Positions 13,688-27,482 of a stretch of 64,000 nt of DNA are shown piece after piece. The position numbers and the translations under genes were made by a program. The first letter of the stretch is position 1, and each line of letters opens with the position of its first letter. The notes under the pieces are model-generated. The model worked only from the letters and a program-made list of their open reading frames with translations. It had not been told where the DNA came from and did no database searches. The stretch is from Octopus sinensis (taxonomy: Eukaryota). The stretch is from contig NC_042999.1 in assembly GCF_006345805.1 (NCBI RefSeq), positions 36,828,001 to 36,892,000 of the forward strand, read 5' to 3'.

Positions 13688-14480
13688 AACTACCAGATTT
13701 TAACGTGTACCCGTGTACCCGGCGTTGCCTGAGGCTGTTTGTTAAATACGCCTGTTTCGTTATTAGACCATTCACAGATGCACCCCTGAACTGAATGAAA
13801 GAAATTATAATGGCAGATGTTCCCTGTGTTGTTTGATTTATTTAGTGCAATAGTGAACATGCAGAGTCATATGCTCACACCATTGTCATTGTTTTCCATT
13901 GGGACAGTAGGTCGATATGTACCCCCCCTCCGGCAGGAATTGAGTTTATTTTGCTTACCACATAACTGCTGATATGTGCTGTTTAGCAGATGGAAAGGTT
14001 GAGCCTAAAGGTATGACATAAAGAGAAATAGAATGTTTACCTGCTGTTTCACTAGGTTGCACATACAACATTATCTGAAGAAAAAATTTGACGTGTGGCC
14101 CGTGCAAAAAAGATGAAAAGTGTAGTATCTGTTGCCTACCTCACAATTGGGGACACTTAACAGAGAGCATACTGTGAAGATTATGCTAATGAAATAAATA
14201 AGGTGACAAGGGTATGGTTACCTGATGTTTTCCTGTTTGCCACATTGAGCAACATCCGTTGTTGTCTTTCCCCTGTAGTCTCTGTAGTGATCGCAGCAGC
14301 AGTTGCTGCAGCATCCCTTGTAAGTCAATCTGCATGTTGTGCTGCAGTCTCTGCAGCTTGTGCAACAGCAGTTAAGGAAGCATCTCTTGTAAGTCAAACT
14401 GCATGTTGTCCTATCCACTAACATCTCAACCAAACTGGCAAAACATACAAGGAGGGAATTTAGATCCCACATGAGCTTAT
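13688..14480 (-). mobile_element. Possible Helitron relic with degenerate N-terminal repeat coding segment
   Basis: Helitron-like 3' hairpin (GGCAACGCCGGG...GTAGT on minus) at 13688-13733. The minus frame at about 14220-14410 reads RDASLTAVAQAAETAAQHAD*LTRDAAATAAAITTETTGERQQR. Confidence 0.4.
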
Positions 14481-14499
14481 GCTTAAGAACCAAACACAA

Positions 14500-15225
14500 A
14501 GTTCCACCATCTGAGGCAGTCTTCTAGCCAGGAATAACAACCTGTCATTACTACTGTGCATTGTTACCGGTGATGAAAAATGAGTTTTGCATCACAACAG
14601 AAAACAAAAAAGGCAGTGGTTATCACATAATGAGACGCCAGTGCCAACACCAAAATTATAACTCTGTCCACAAAAATCCTTATCCTGTGTTTGGCAGAAC
14701 ATGAAAGGTATCATCCATTATGAGCTACTGGAACATGGAAGGAACATCAATGCAGATGTCTATTGTCAACAACTTGATTGTGTAATTGAAAAATTACTTC
14801 GAAAGTGGCCAGCTTTGGTAAGCGGAAGAGGTGTTATTCTTCAACATGACAATGCATGTCCACACTCTTCAAAACAAACCCAAGTAAAAATAAAATAATT
14901 AGGATGGAAAGTCCTTCCACATCCTCCATAATCACCTGGTTTAACACCTATGGTTTACCATCTGTTCCAAACTCTAGAATATTTTACAAGAGGCAAAACA
15001 ACCAGAAACAGAGAGGAAGCTGAAAACAGTCTTTCAGACTTTATTCAAGAAAAGGAATAGGTTTCTTTGAATATGGCATAAAAACATTACTTTCCCATTA
15101 GGCTGCAGATGTTGAAAATGAAGGTGATTACATTCTTGAATAAAACCATTCAGATAAGAGAAGTTTACATTCGTTTTTATATCCTTTCTGGTAAAACACA
15201 ATTACTTTCTGAACACTGTAATGCA
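14500..15225 (+). mobile_element. Mariner transposase relic (3' half)
   Basis: IVTGDEK at about 14562, MKGIIHYELL...YCQQLD...ILQHDNACPH, and HPP-SP motifs. TIR-like caattactt near 15200. Confidence 0.8.
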
Positions 15226-15639
15226 TATACTTTTTACTCTTTTACTTGTTTCAGTCATTTGACTGCGGCCATGCTGGAGCACCGCCTTTAGTCGAGCAAA
15301 TCGACCCCGGGACTTATTCTTTGTAAGCCCAGTACTTATTCTATCGGTCTCTTTTGCCGAACCACTAAGTGACGGGGACGTAAACACACCAGCATCGGTT
15401 GTCAAGCAATGCTAGGGGGACAAACACAGACACACAAACATATACACACACACTCATACATATATATATACATATATACGACAGGCTTCTTTCAGTTTCC
15501 GTCTACCAAATCCACTCACAAGGCATTGATCAGCCCGGGGCTATAGCAGAAGACACTTGCCCAAGATGCCACACAGTGGGACTGAACCTGGAACCATGTG
15601 GTTGGTAAGCAAGCTACTTACCACACAGCCACTCCTGCG

Positions 15640-15681
<42 letters not shown>

Positions 15682-16933
15682 ACAGGCTTCTTCCACTTTC
15701 CATCTACCAAATCCACTCACAAGGCTTTGGTCAGCTCGAGGCTATAATAGAAGACACTTACCCAAGGTGTCACACAGTGGGACTGAACCCAGAATTATGA
15801 CATTGGAAAGCAAGCTTCTTATGCCTGCATGAGCACCAAGCAGTAATGAAGAATAAACAAATGTTAGGTTAGTTAAAATATGTCTGTGACACATTTTGAC
15901 TTCTAAAGGAAAATTAACAATAGGTACTCTTTTACTTGTTTCAGTCATTTGACTGCGACCATGCGGTCGAGGAAATCAACCTCAGGACTTATTCTGTCGG
16001 TTTCTTTTGCCAAACCGCTAAATTACGGGGACACAAACACACCAGCATCAGTTGGAGATGGGGATAAACACACACACACACATATATATATATACATATA
16101 CATATATACGATGGGTTTCTTTCAGTTTCCGTCTACCAAGTCCACTCACAAGGCTTTGGTCGGCCCGAGGCTACAGTAGAAGACACTTGCCGAAGGTGCC
16201 ATGCAGTGGGACGGAACCTGGACCCATGTAGTTCGTAAGCAAGCTACTTACCATACAGCCACTCCTGCACCTAGAAATAAAATTCCCTCTTGTGGTAAAA
16301 AGTGTAAAACACCATATTTGCCCAGTGCTTCCCTCTAGCGGATTCCCAGATATGCATTTCTGGCTCTTTAGCCTTCCTTAATGGGAAATGCCAAAGAGAG
16401 ATAACCCTGGGTAGATCCAAAGCCATAACTTTATCTAACCCAGTCACTGACTTTGACTGCTTTTCAGAAAGAGCTACAGCAGTTAGCATGACCAAAACTT
16501 TTGACACCAAATAAAAAGTGCTTAAGTGAAGTTAACAGTCCTTGTGTACTTTGGAATGGCTAATATGAGCCTTTCACATGGTAATTGTTTTAGTTTCAGT
16601 ACAAAGTCTCATTCAAATAGTTAACCAGACAGGTACATCTCTAAAATTCACAATTTAATTGAAATAATATGGCATAAGACTCCAGATAAGGCTTCTCAGG
16701 TAGTCACTGGCTAGGGCAGAGGAACCTGCTCAGGTCAACAGCCTAATTATTCAGGGTCAAGTATCTCAGGTAGATGCATACAGTTGTGACTAACAGCTTG
16801 GAAAAGAAGGTGGGAGTCACCAAGCTAACTTGCACATGATACACTTGATGATGACAACCAGACTAGAACCCATGCCAGATCAGTCATCAGTCAATACCCT
16901 AGTGTTCAAGGTCAAGATATGTCTCAGGTAGAA

Positions 16934-17166
16934 GGCGGCAAGCTGGCAGAATCGTTAGCACGCCAGGCGAAATGCTTAGCGGCATTTCGTCTGCCGCCAC
17001 GTTCTGAGTTCAAATTCCACCGAGGTTGTCTTTGCCTTTCATCCTTTTGGGGTCGATAAATTAAGTACCAATTACGCACTGGGGTCAATATAATCGACTT
17101 AATCCGTTTGTCTGTCCTTGTTTGTCCCCTCTGTGTTTAGCCCCTTGTGGGTAGTAAAGAAATAGG
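16934..17166 (+). mobile_element. SINE family C (GGCGGCGAGCTGGCAGAA head); other copies at 12012-12220, 22401-22650 (+) and 45003-45232, 40960-41160, 42860-43055, 47690-47900 (-)
   Basis: tRNA-like head with B-box-like GAGTTCAAATTCC. TCTCAGGTAGA is repeated on both flanks, as a probable target-site duplication. Confidence 0.85.
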
Positions 17167-18658
17167 TCGAGATTCTCAGGTAGAGGGATACAGTTGTGGC
17201 TAATAGCCTGAAGAAGAAAGGGGCCTACCAAGCTAACTTACACATGATACAGTCAATGATGACAACCAGACTAGAACCCATACCAGATTAGTCATTGCCT
17301 GGGTTTAACATCAAAGAGTGGACAGGTCTCAGTTTTACCAACTCACAGAGGGCAGCAGAAGACCAAGAGACGTGACAAAATCTGATGGTAACATCATCAA
17401 TGACTGCCCCAATTACCACATAGTCAAGGGATAGGAAGAAAGGAAAACAGCATAAACTGAGCATTAAAGTAAGTTTAGTCTGCACGTGAGAAGTTTTCCA
17501 TAACCCTATAGTACCTGCTATATTTGCTATCCTAATACTAACTCTTCAACATTCATATTACTCTGTCAAATGTAATGCTTATATATTCACATTGTTTTCA
17601 ATTAACCATTCATCATCTCATAGTCTTTTTTATTCTTTTACTCTTTTACTTGTTTCACTCATTTGACTGCGACCATGCTGGAGCACCACTTTTAGTCGAG
17701 CAAATCGACCCCAGGACTTATTCTTTGGAAGCCTAGTACTTATTCTATCGGTCTCTTTTTGCCAAACCACTAAGTTACGGGGACATAAACACATCACCAT
17801 CAGTTGTCAAGTGATGTTGGGGGGACAAACATATACACACACACATACATAAATATATATACATATATACGACAGGCTTCTTTCAGTTTCCATCTACCAA
17901 ATACACTCACAAGGCTTTGGTTGGCCCGAGGCTATAGTAGAAAACACTTGCCCAAGGTGCCATGCAGTGGGAATGAACCCATAACCATGTGATTGGTAAA
18001 CAAGCTACTTACCACACAACCACTCCTGCACCTTCATAGCTTGAAGATTTTGATGATGTGATTTTTTTATTTTTAGAATGACATTGTAGGATAGATGAAC
18101 ATAAAACAAGTAGGATATTTGGGCCTGATGTGGCCAGTTTAAATGCTGAAGTATTAAAAGCAAAAGTAAAACCTGCATGATTTTACTTAATCCTTGGACC
18201 AGAAATAGAACCAAATATTGAACAAAACATTTCTGTAATTCCACAAAATGGATTAGAACAAACCAAGTTTAGAGAAAGTTACTAATGCAAAATCTTCACT
18301 CACTTAGAGTATTGCTAGACATTTTAAGAATTTCCATGAATCTCCTTAGAATAAAAACCTGTCAGACAAACAGATTTATGTCATATTAATATAAAAACAG
18401 AAAACATCTATTCAGGGAAATTTCCATCTGACTGATTCAAGAAGAATTAGATAGTTTTCAGTAAACAATTGTAAATGTGATATTTGTAGCACAATCAATT
18501 ACTGAGAAGGACTAAATCTTCAAAATTCCATTGATTATATTGATTCAATTTAAGTGACATTAAGAATTTTAGTGATGTAATAGAAATAAGATTAAGTTAT
18601 TGAAAAATTAAATAGCATGTATATTTCTAGCTGATTTTGTAAGTATATCATCATCATT

Positions 18659-18708
<50 letters not shown>

Positions 18709-19093
18709 TTAACATCTGTTGTCTTTGCTGGCATGGGTTGAATGGTTTGACCAGAGCCAGTAAACTGAGGGGCTGCACCAGACTCTAGACTAATTTGGTA
18801 TAGTGTCTATGGCTTGATGCCCTTCCTACAGCCAACCACTCTAAGAGTGTAATGGGTGCTTTGATATGCCACCAGTATGGGCGCCAATTGCATGACACCA
18901 GTATCTGCCATGATGACAATTTCACTTGGCTTGATGGGTTTTCTTCTCAAGCATAGCATATTACCAAAGGTCTCAGTCATTTGTCATTGCCTCCATGAGG
19001 CCCAACGCTCGAAGGGTGCTTTTTACATGCCACCGGCATGGGTGCTGGTTACATGACACTGACACCAGCCACATTGCCTTTGTGATGAATATA

Positions 19094-20262
19094 TTGGGTC
19101 ATCCCATAAATAATGCAGTTTTTTAATTGCATGAACTATAAGTCAAATTGGGATGGGATAAACTACCCACATCAACTTGCTGTAAAAGCAGGTAGTAATT
19201 TTACCTAGCACTTATTCTTAGAGCAAGTTTTGAAGAGTGCAGTTCGATTGTAGCAGTTATTTTTTCAAAGCTATAATGGAAGTCACAAAGGAGCATATTT
19301 AGCATATTTTGCTTTATGAATTCAATAAAGGCAACAACGCAACGAATAGTGCGAGGAATATTAGTGCAGTATATGGGGATCAGACAATAAGCATAAGCCA
19401 GTGTCAATGGTGATTCTAGAAATTCTGAGCCAGAAACTACAGCCTAGAAGACAAGCCTTGTCCTGGAAGATCTGCAGAGCTCAACGTCCTGCAAACCCTG
19501 GTGGGACAAAATCTCATCATAATTGTTGAGGAACTAGCAGAGAAGCTTGGATTTGGTCAGTCAACTATTCATTGACACCTGCACACCTTCAGAAAAGTCA
19601 GCAAATTGGGTCAATGGGTTTCTCACAAACCTTCCAAATCTAATTGCATGCAGAGAGGGAAAGTGCGCTCTTCTTTGCTTTCACATCTCACAAATAAACC
19701 TGTTTTGGACCAAATAGTAACTGGTGATGAGAAACAGGTTCTCTCTAAAAATGTCAAACGCTGAAGACAGTGGGTAGGGAAAGGAGAAACACTAGCACCC
19801 CAGGCTAAAGGTCTGCACGCAGCTTGAGCGGCTTAAGTCAGCGCTAGAAGAAAAACAACTGTCTTTGGTTACAAGATGAAAGGTGTTCTTCCATCAGGAT
19901 AATGCTCAGCCACATACAGCAAAGATGACATTTCAAAGGCTGGAGCAGTTTGAATGGGAAACGATGCCCCGCCCACCATATTCACCAGACATTGCTCCAT
20001 CTGATTATCATTTATTCCACAGTCTTCAAAATCGTTTGGATGGAAAAAAATATGAATTTTGTAGGCGAGGTTAGAACAGTAGTGGAGGAGTATTTTTCAA
20101 CTGAATTTTGGAAGAGGGGCCTTGCAAGTCTACTAGATAGATGTAAGAGCATTGTAGAAAATAAAGGAAAGTATATTTTAGATTAAAAAAGAACTATTTT
20201 TAATCTTAATTTTGAAAAATAAAAGAAGTATAAAAAACCGCATTATTTTGGGGATGACCCAG
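19094..20262 (+). mobile_element. Mariner (D,D34D) transposon, internally deleted and degenerate, both TIRs present
   Basis: TIRs TTGGGTCATCCCATAAATAATGCAGTTTT and AAAACCGCATTATTTTGGGGATGACCCAG, with TA on each side. Motifs VTGDEK, FHQDNAQPH, YSPDIAPSDYHLF. Confidence 0.92.
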
Positions 20263-20292
20263 TATATATATGTGTGTGTATATATATATATA

Positions 20293-20382
<90 letters not shown>

Positions 20383-20555
20383 GAGTGGCTGTGTGGTAAG
20401 TAGCTTGCTTACCAACTACATGGTCCTGGGTTCAGTCCCACTGCGCGGTACCTTGGGCAAGTGTCTTCCACTATAGCCTTGTGAGTGGATTTGGTAGATG
20501 GAAACTGAAAGAAGCCTCTCATATATGTATATATATGTATGTGTGTGTATATATA

Positions 20556-20603
<48 letters not shown>

Positions 20604-20604
20604 A

Positions 20605-20636
<32 letters not shown>

Positions 20637-20759
20637 AGTAGGGAATACACACACACACATGACAGAAGTAAATAGACATCCTTATAATCATAAAAATTTA
20701 TTTAAATCTGAAATTATACATTCAAATCATTTATTAATTGTTATAATGTGAATAGTTAA

Positions 20760-21760
20760 TATTTAATAGACATGCCCTTTGCATTTTTTTAATGAAAGGA
20801 CCCTGTTAGTCATGTTAATGATCAGATGACGATTATTCTCTTGAAGAATTTCTTGCCAAGTTTCATGCAGTAATCTCAAAAGATCTGGCTTTGAAGATGC
20901 TTTCTTGTTCTTTTTATGAAGTGTCCTGTCCATTATGCCCCAGATGTGTTCAATAGGGTTCATATCTGGTGATTAGCTCGTTCATGGAAGCTTTTTAATG
21001 CCATTCTCTTTCAACAAATCTTGGGTCATTTTAGCCGCATAACAAGGAGCCCCATCTTCCATGAGTAAAGAGTCTAATCATTTCACCACTTGAGAAGATT
21101 GGAAGGAGTTCTTTCTGCATTATGGACATATATTTATCTGAATTTATGTTTCCTTCACACTCCACCACCTCTGATTGATCATTACTCCAAATTGCTCCCC
21201 AGACCATCACAGAATAGCTGCCATGTTTCATTGTTGGCTGCAATCTTTTCACATCAAATTCTTGATTACAGAACCTCCAGACCCACACTCAACCACTGTC
21301 AGAAAATACAGCGAATCTAGACTCATTGGAGAATATGAGAGTGTCTCAAAATGCTAGTGGCCTTTCCCCCATCTCACTGGCCAAATCTTTTCTCCACTTG
21401 ATATTGGCAGGTCAAGGAAGTGGCTTCCTTCTTGTTGCTCTGCCATAGTAACCAAGTTTGTAGAGATACCTGATATCAACTTGTTCTGCTTTGTCAGAGG
21501 TCTTGCAATGAGGATTATCCTCTCCACTTCTCTTAAGAAAGAGAAGGGTCCTGTCAGAGGTCAACCTGGGCAAGGTGATGTGGACCCTGTCCCCTCTTTG
21601 GTGAAGTGCACAATCACTCCATTAATTGTAGAAAGTGGGATCCAAGATTTTCTGCAATTTTACATGAAGTCCACCTTCAGAATGACCCACAATATGGCCT
21701 CTTTTAAATTCAGACAGTTCCAAGGCTTCTTTTGTACATGGCATGATTAAACAGCAACAT
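20760..21760 (-). mobile_element. Tc1-like (DD34E) transposase relic
   Basis: ELSEFKRGHIVG N-terminus, KHG..SVMVWGAI, EGNINSDKY, and MNPIEHIWGIM...LHETWQEI...KG. TIRs not identified. Confidence 0.85.
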
Positions 21761-23409
21761 ATAGATCCTAGGCGTGGCTGTGTGGTAAAAAGCTTGCTTC
21801 TCAACCACAGGGTTCCAGGTTCAGACCCACAGCTTGGCACCTTGGGCAAGTGTCTTCTACTATAGCCTCAGGCCAACCAAAGCCTTGTGAGTAGATTCAG
21901 TAGACGGAAACTGAAAAAAAAACAATTTTGATGCAGAGCAAGAATCTTCTTGATAGTCTCATGAGTTCAAGAAAGATGATTCCATAATTTCTTGCCAAAC
22001 AACCTAAACAGACGATTTGCTTCATCATCATCATCATCGTCATCGTCGTCCTTTAACGTTTGTTTCCCATGCTGGCATGCATTGAACAATTTGACCAGAG
22101 CTGGAGAGCTACACCAAATTCCAATCTGATTTGGCTTGATTTCTATGGCTGGATGCCCTTCCTAATACCAACCATTTTACTGTGTGTGCTGGGTACTTTT
22201 AACATACCACCAGTACGAGTGCTTTTACATGGTGCCAACACAAGTGCTTTTTCTGTGACACCAGCATGGGTGCTTTTTACATGGCACCAGCACAGGACTC
22301 TTGCAGGAGAGTCCTCTTCACTAGGGAATGCAGCCTTAACACTTCTGCTATAAAGAACAGGTCTTCTAGAATACAGCAAGGCACCAGGTATGTTGATCCT
22401 GGTGGCGAGCTGGCAGAAACGTTAGCACGCCGGGTGAAATGCTTACCGGTATTTCGTCTGCCGTTACGTTGTGAGTTCAAATTCCGCCGAGGTCGCCTTT
22501 ACCTTTCATCCTTTCGGGGTCGACTTTATCTTTCATCCTTTCGGGGTCGATTAAATAAGTACCAGCTATGCACTGGGGTCGATGTAATCGACTTAATACC
22601 TATGTCTGTCCTTGTTTGTCCCCTCTATGTGAGTAATAATGAAATAGGTATGTGGATCCTTTGTCATCTCATCTGAAAAGTTTGGCATTCGAAGTCATCA
22701 CTCAGTATTTTGTCCCATGTCTTCCTGGGTCTTCCTGTTCTGAGTTCTATCCACTTTGAGTGAATAGCATTTCTTTATGGAGTTGTCAGCATCCATCCAC
22801 ATCACATGACCAAACCAGCACAGTCTCTCTTTGTACACTGCATCTAATTCCTCTTATGCCTAACTTATCTCTCAATACACAAACACTCTGTCACATAAGT
22901 ACACTTACATTACACATCCAGCAGAGCATACCAGCCTCATTCCTCTCTAACCTTCGCATGTCCTCTGCATTCAGGGCCCACACCTCACTACCATGTAGAA
23001 TTGCTGTTTGCATGCTTGTATCATACAGTCTTCTTTTCACTTGAAGAGAGAAACCTTTGGTTGTCAACAGAAGTAAAAGCTCTCTGAATTTTCTCTCCAG
23101 CCTATTCTTATTCTAGCTGTTACATTCTACATGCAGCTTCCTGTGATCAAATGCTTGTACCGTACAAAAGCTCACTTCCTCCATCAAATAGACATTGCCA
23201 GTACAGATGCATAGTGTGCCACATGTTAGATGCTGAAGTGGTTGCAGAGCAACATGAGATGAAAAGTTTTGCTTAAGAACACGATGCATTGCTAGGCTCA
23301 GGAATCAAAACCATGATCTCACAATCATGAATGCAACACCTTAAGCCATGCCTAGCAGTTAAAAAAAACAGCATAAAAATAGATGTACCTTATTTGGAAG
23401 AGTTGTAAA

Positions 23410-23726
23410 GGTGCGTGGCTTAGTGGTTAGGGCATTCAGCTCACGATTGTAAGGTCGTGAGTTCAATTCCCAGCGACACATTGTGTCCTTGAGCAAGACA
23501 CTTTATTTCATGTTGCTCCAGTCCACTTAGCTGGCTAAAATGAGTTGTACCTGTATTTCAAAGGGCCAGTCTTGTCACACTCTGAGGCACGCTGAATCTC
23601 CCTGAAAACTATGTTAGGGGTACACGTGTCTGTGGATTGCTCAGTCACTTGCACATTAATTTCATGAGCAGGCTGTTCCGTTGATTGGATCAGCTGGGAC
23701 CCTCATCGTCGTAACCGACAGAGTGC
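23410..23726 (+). mobile_element. SINE family B (GGCGCGTGGCTTAGTGGTTAGG head); second copy at 37476-37791
   Basis: A box TGGCTTAGTGG, B box GAGTTCAATTCCC, and TGTGTCCTTGAGCAAGACACT core. Confidence 0.88.
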
Positions 23727-24217
23727 TCTTATATTTAGTAACAGTGACAGCTGTTCTACAGTGCAATTTATAATGCAGTTGCTCTACAATCAACAGATAG
23801 GTGGTTCAAATTCTAGTCTGAGGTGGAACTTCTTAGATCAGGAATAAACAAACAATATATTACAATTGTAATGATGGTTGTGCAGTTGAGAAGCTCACTT
23901 TGCAACCCTGTGAATTTGGGTTCACTTCCCATGGCATGGCACCTTGGGTGAATGTCTTCTAAGATAGCTTCAGGCTGACCAGTGCCTTGTGAGGGAATTT
24001 GATAGATGGAAACTGTGTGCAAGCCTGTTTTGTATGTGCAGGTGTGCGTGTGTGTGTGCGTGTGTGTGTGTGTGTGTATGTGTGAGCATACATGCGTGTG
24101 TGTGTGTGTGCGTGTGTGTGTGTGTGTGCGTGTGTGTGTGTGTGTGTGTGTGCGTGTGTGTGTGGTGTGTATGTGTGAGCATGCATGCGTGTGTGTGTGT
24201 GTGCGTGTATGTGTGTG

Positions 24218-24262
<45 letters not shown>

Positions 24263-25331
24263 GTGCATGCATGTGTTTGCGCACCTTTGTGTTTGTATTT
24301 GTCCCTATCATCATTTGATAACCCATGTTGATTTGTTTACGTTCCCGCAACTTAGCAGTTCAGCAAGTAGATACCAATAGAATAGCTATTAGACATTAAA
24401 AAAAAGTGTGTACTGAGGTCGATTTCTTTGATTAAAATCCTTCCAGGTATTGTCCCAGCATGGCCGTGATACAATGGCAAAAACAAAGAAAGATAATAGA
24501 GTCAATGAAAAGAGCCTCTCCATGGTCACTCGATCTGCTAGAAATGGCAGCTAAACCTCTCCCAGTTTACACCTTATTGTTTTTATTAAAGGATCACAAG
24601 TAGATAATGTGGTGGAAAGTAACTTCTAAGAAGATGCGATGGTCACAGCTGGCTGGAACGCTTTTGACCAGAAGGCTTGCAGTTGTATCAACATTGCACC
24701 TGTAATGGTAATAATGATAATATTTTGACTGCTAGAAGTATTCGACGCAGTAGAAATAGCAACAGTAACAACACTAGCAGCATAGCGTATAAATACATAA
24801 TTGGCTGACAGGCGAGTTCTCTGCTACCCAATCAGTAAACTTTCTAGATCCGGTTGAAATGTCATGAGGGAGCTTCTATACAGTCATTCAAACAGCTAGA
24901 AACAGCAGCCAAATATGTCAGATTGCATTCATCCATCTTAAGAAAAACAAAAATGATCCCATTAAGAAATGTGGTCTTCAATATACAAAAAGGCTGGGTG
25001 GTCATATCTAGAATGTGTTTGGATTGTATTGCAGGATAAAAAAATGAAAATAATGAATATTCAATAAAGAGAGTATTCTAATATAATACAATGCTTTTTT
25101 AATTTCTTTCTATAATGAGAAAACATGAACAAGGTGAACTATATCTATACCCCTGTAATATAATTTATATATTGCGGTATCATTTTGAATTGAAAACATT
25201 AAAAAAAAATGCATTTCTGTACCTGAAAATAGATAATGTAAAAAATGGTAATTTAATATAGAGTTTTTCCTAAAATTAGAAGGGTAGGGAATATTTCAGT
25301 GGAAATTATATTCAGAGATATAACTTTTAAA

Positions 25332-25553
25332 ACCTTTTAGCATTTAAACCAGCCATATTCAGTCCAAATATGCTACCTGTTTCCTGTTCAAACCAGCCAG
25401 ATCTAGCCTATCATACCTACCTTTCAATGCCATTATAAAATACATAATCACATCACCAAAATTTCAAAGCTGCAAAATAATGCATAATTAATAAAAAATA
25501 AAATGTGAATGAAAAAGTATTACATTTGGCAGAATAATCTGAATGCTAAAGGG
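25332..25553. mobile_element. piggyBac-like MITE (TTAA|CCC...GGG|TTAA); relatives at 49519-49730 and 3062-4075 (interrupted)
   Basis: The right end is AATGCTAAAGGG|TTAA and the left end is a degenerate AACCTTTTAGCATT. The internal sequence is shared by the three copies. Confidence 0.7.
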
Positions 25554-25938
25554 TTAAAGAATTCTTTGTGAATGTATACTTCAGTTGATATCACTAAATT
25601 CAAAAGAAAGAGAAAAAAAGCATGAGAACAGCTTCATTAAAATATTAAGGACCTTGTTAAATTTCTTCTTCGCAGTGGCTAAAATTACATTTTAAATGCT
25701 TGTAACTTATTTGATTATCAATTTTTAAAAAGAAAAGAAAAGAAAAAATTTATATGATTTTTGTTACCAGCATATAAGCGCAGGAGTGGCTGTGTGGTAA
25801 GTAGCTTGCTTACCAACCACATGGTTCCGGGTTCAATCCCACTACGTGGCGCCTTCGGCAAGTGTTTTCTACTATAGCCTCGGGCCGACCAAAGCCGTGT
25901 GAGTGGATTTGGTAGACGGAAACTGAAAGAAGCCTGTT

Positions 25939-25978
<40 letters not shown>

Positions 25979-26476
25979 GTGTTTACATCCCCATAACTTA
26001 GCAGTTCGGCAAAAGATACTGATAGAATAAGTACTAGGCTGCCAAAGAATAAGTCCTGGGCTCAATTTGCTCGACTAAAGGCGGTGCTCCAGCATGACCG
26101 CAGTCAAATGACTGAAACAAGTAAAAGAGTAAAAGAAAAAAGAGAGCAAGCAAAACTGTATCATTGTAGACAATTTGAAAAAAATAATCATCGAGTGGAA
26201 ATTTGAAATACTTCAAGTGGTTGAAAGAAACTTAACAAGGTCCAAGACTACTTTAATGGGAGAGGGCAGTTTCATTGTTTTATTTAAGATATCGAATAAA
26301 ACATGAATTTTACTCCTCATTCATGAAATGCCATTATACTATTTAAATTAAATGTATTTTTTCTGTAACATTTTTTGTAACCAAAAGCAAGACTTTATTT
26401 CTATTTACTGATTAATGTATGACTTTACACATTTCTGGGATTTCACCTTTGTACAAACAGAAACACACACACACAT

Positions 26477-26689
26477 ATTATTTACATTTGACGGATATTT
26501 GTCCTCATTTTGTTTATCAACACAATGTTTCAGCTGTTGTACTAATAATAACATCAGGGGAAAATCCTTAGGAATGAGAACCCAGGTTCAAAATTCCTCC
26601 AGGACACCTGATCAAGGCTGGTGAGTACATCAGCTGAAAAGTGTTGGCAACAAAAAGATGAGGACAAATAGTTGTCAAATTTAAATAAT
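26477..26689 (+). mobile_element. Element with about 40-bp inverted ends enclosing a degenerate hammerhead-like motif
   Basis: Inverted repeats at 26477-26515 and 26649-26689. ACAC-CTGATCA-A-GGCTG-gtgagtacat-CAGCT-GAAA-A-GTGT at 26604-26644. Confidence 0.55.
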
Positions 26690-27482
26690 GTAAATAATGT
26701 ACATAATTCCTCGTTTGTTGTGATGCAAAACCCATTTTTCATCACCTGTAATATATAATTAATTTATATATTGACCTAGTTATACTTGCAGCAGTAATGC
26801 TTAAATTTACAATGCTACTTATGACCAATAAGCACAACAATTGTAACATGCTTGAATGATGGTAGCTTAAAACGAGACTAACTGATGTGATATGTCTGTT
26901 ACCAAACGATTACTGAAACCTTTTCAGGTGCCCAATACCATCTCTCCTGTCCATGTTCCCCCCACACCCCTTTCCCATTTCTCAAGGTTGGCACTGTCAT
27001 TATAGGCACATTGAAAGGTAGGTCTAGTGAGATTGTTGAACTGTTTGAATGGAGGTGTATTGATGTATGCTGTATCCAAGAGGTATGGTGGAGAGGAGCT
27101 TCATCCAGGTTCCTCAAAGGCAAGACACATAGGTATAAAATCTTCCGAGAAGATTTCAGGGATTCTCCATTTGAGGTGCCTGGATGAACATATGCATACA
27201 ACCACATATACATATGGAATATATGTGAATTCAAGCATATAAGTAGTAGTGAAACATATACACTAATGTTCTGTCATGATACTCACACCCACAAGTAAAT
27301 GTAAGTTTACTGATCCACAAATATACATACATATATACATACATCAGGCAATTCAGGTAACAACAAATCCCAAGAGCTTTCTTGATTTAAACAAAAGAAC
27401 TTTGTCACTCTGTCAGTAACTAGCTTGAACTCTGAAGAGAAAAAAAAAAGCAAGCTGCAAGAAAATACATACATACATACAT

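Noticed and set aside
14218-14499. Cys-rich 93-aa ORF resembling a metallothionein or toxin
   Set aside because: The Cys richness arises from TGC/TGT in one frame of a CTG/CAG-rich repeat. There is no signal peptide or regular Cys spacing, and another frame looks more TE-like.
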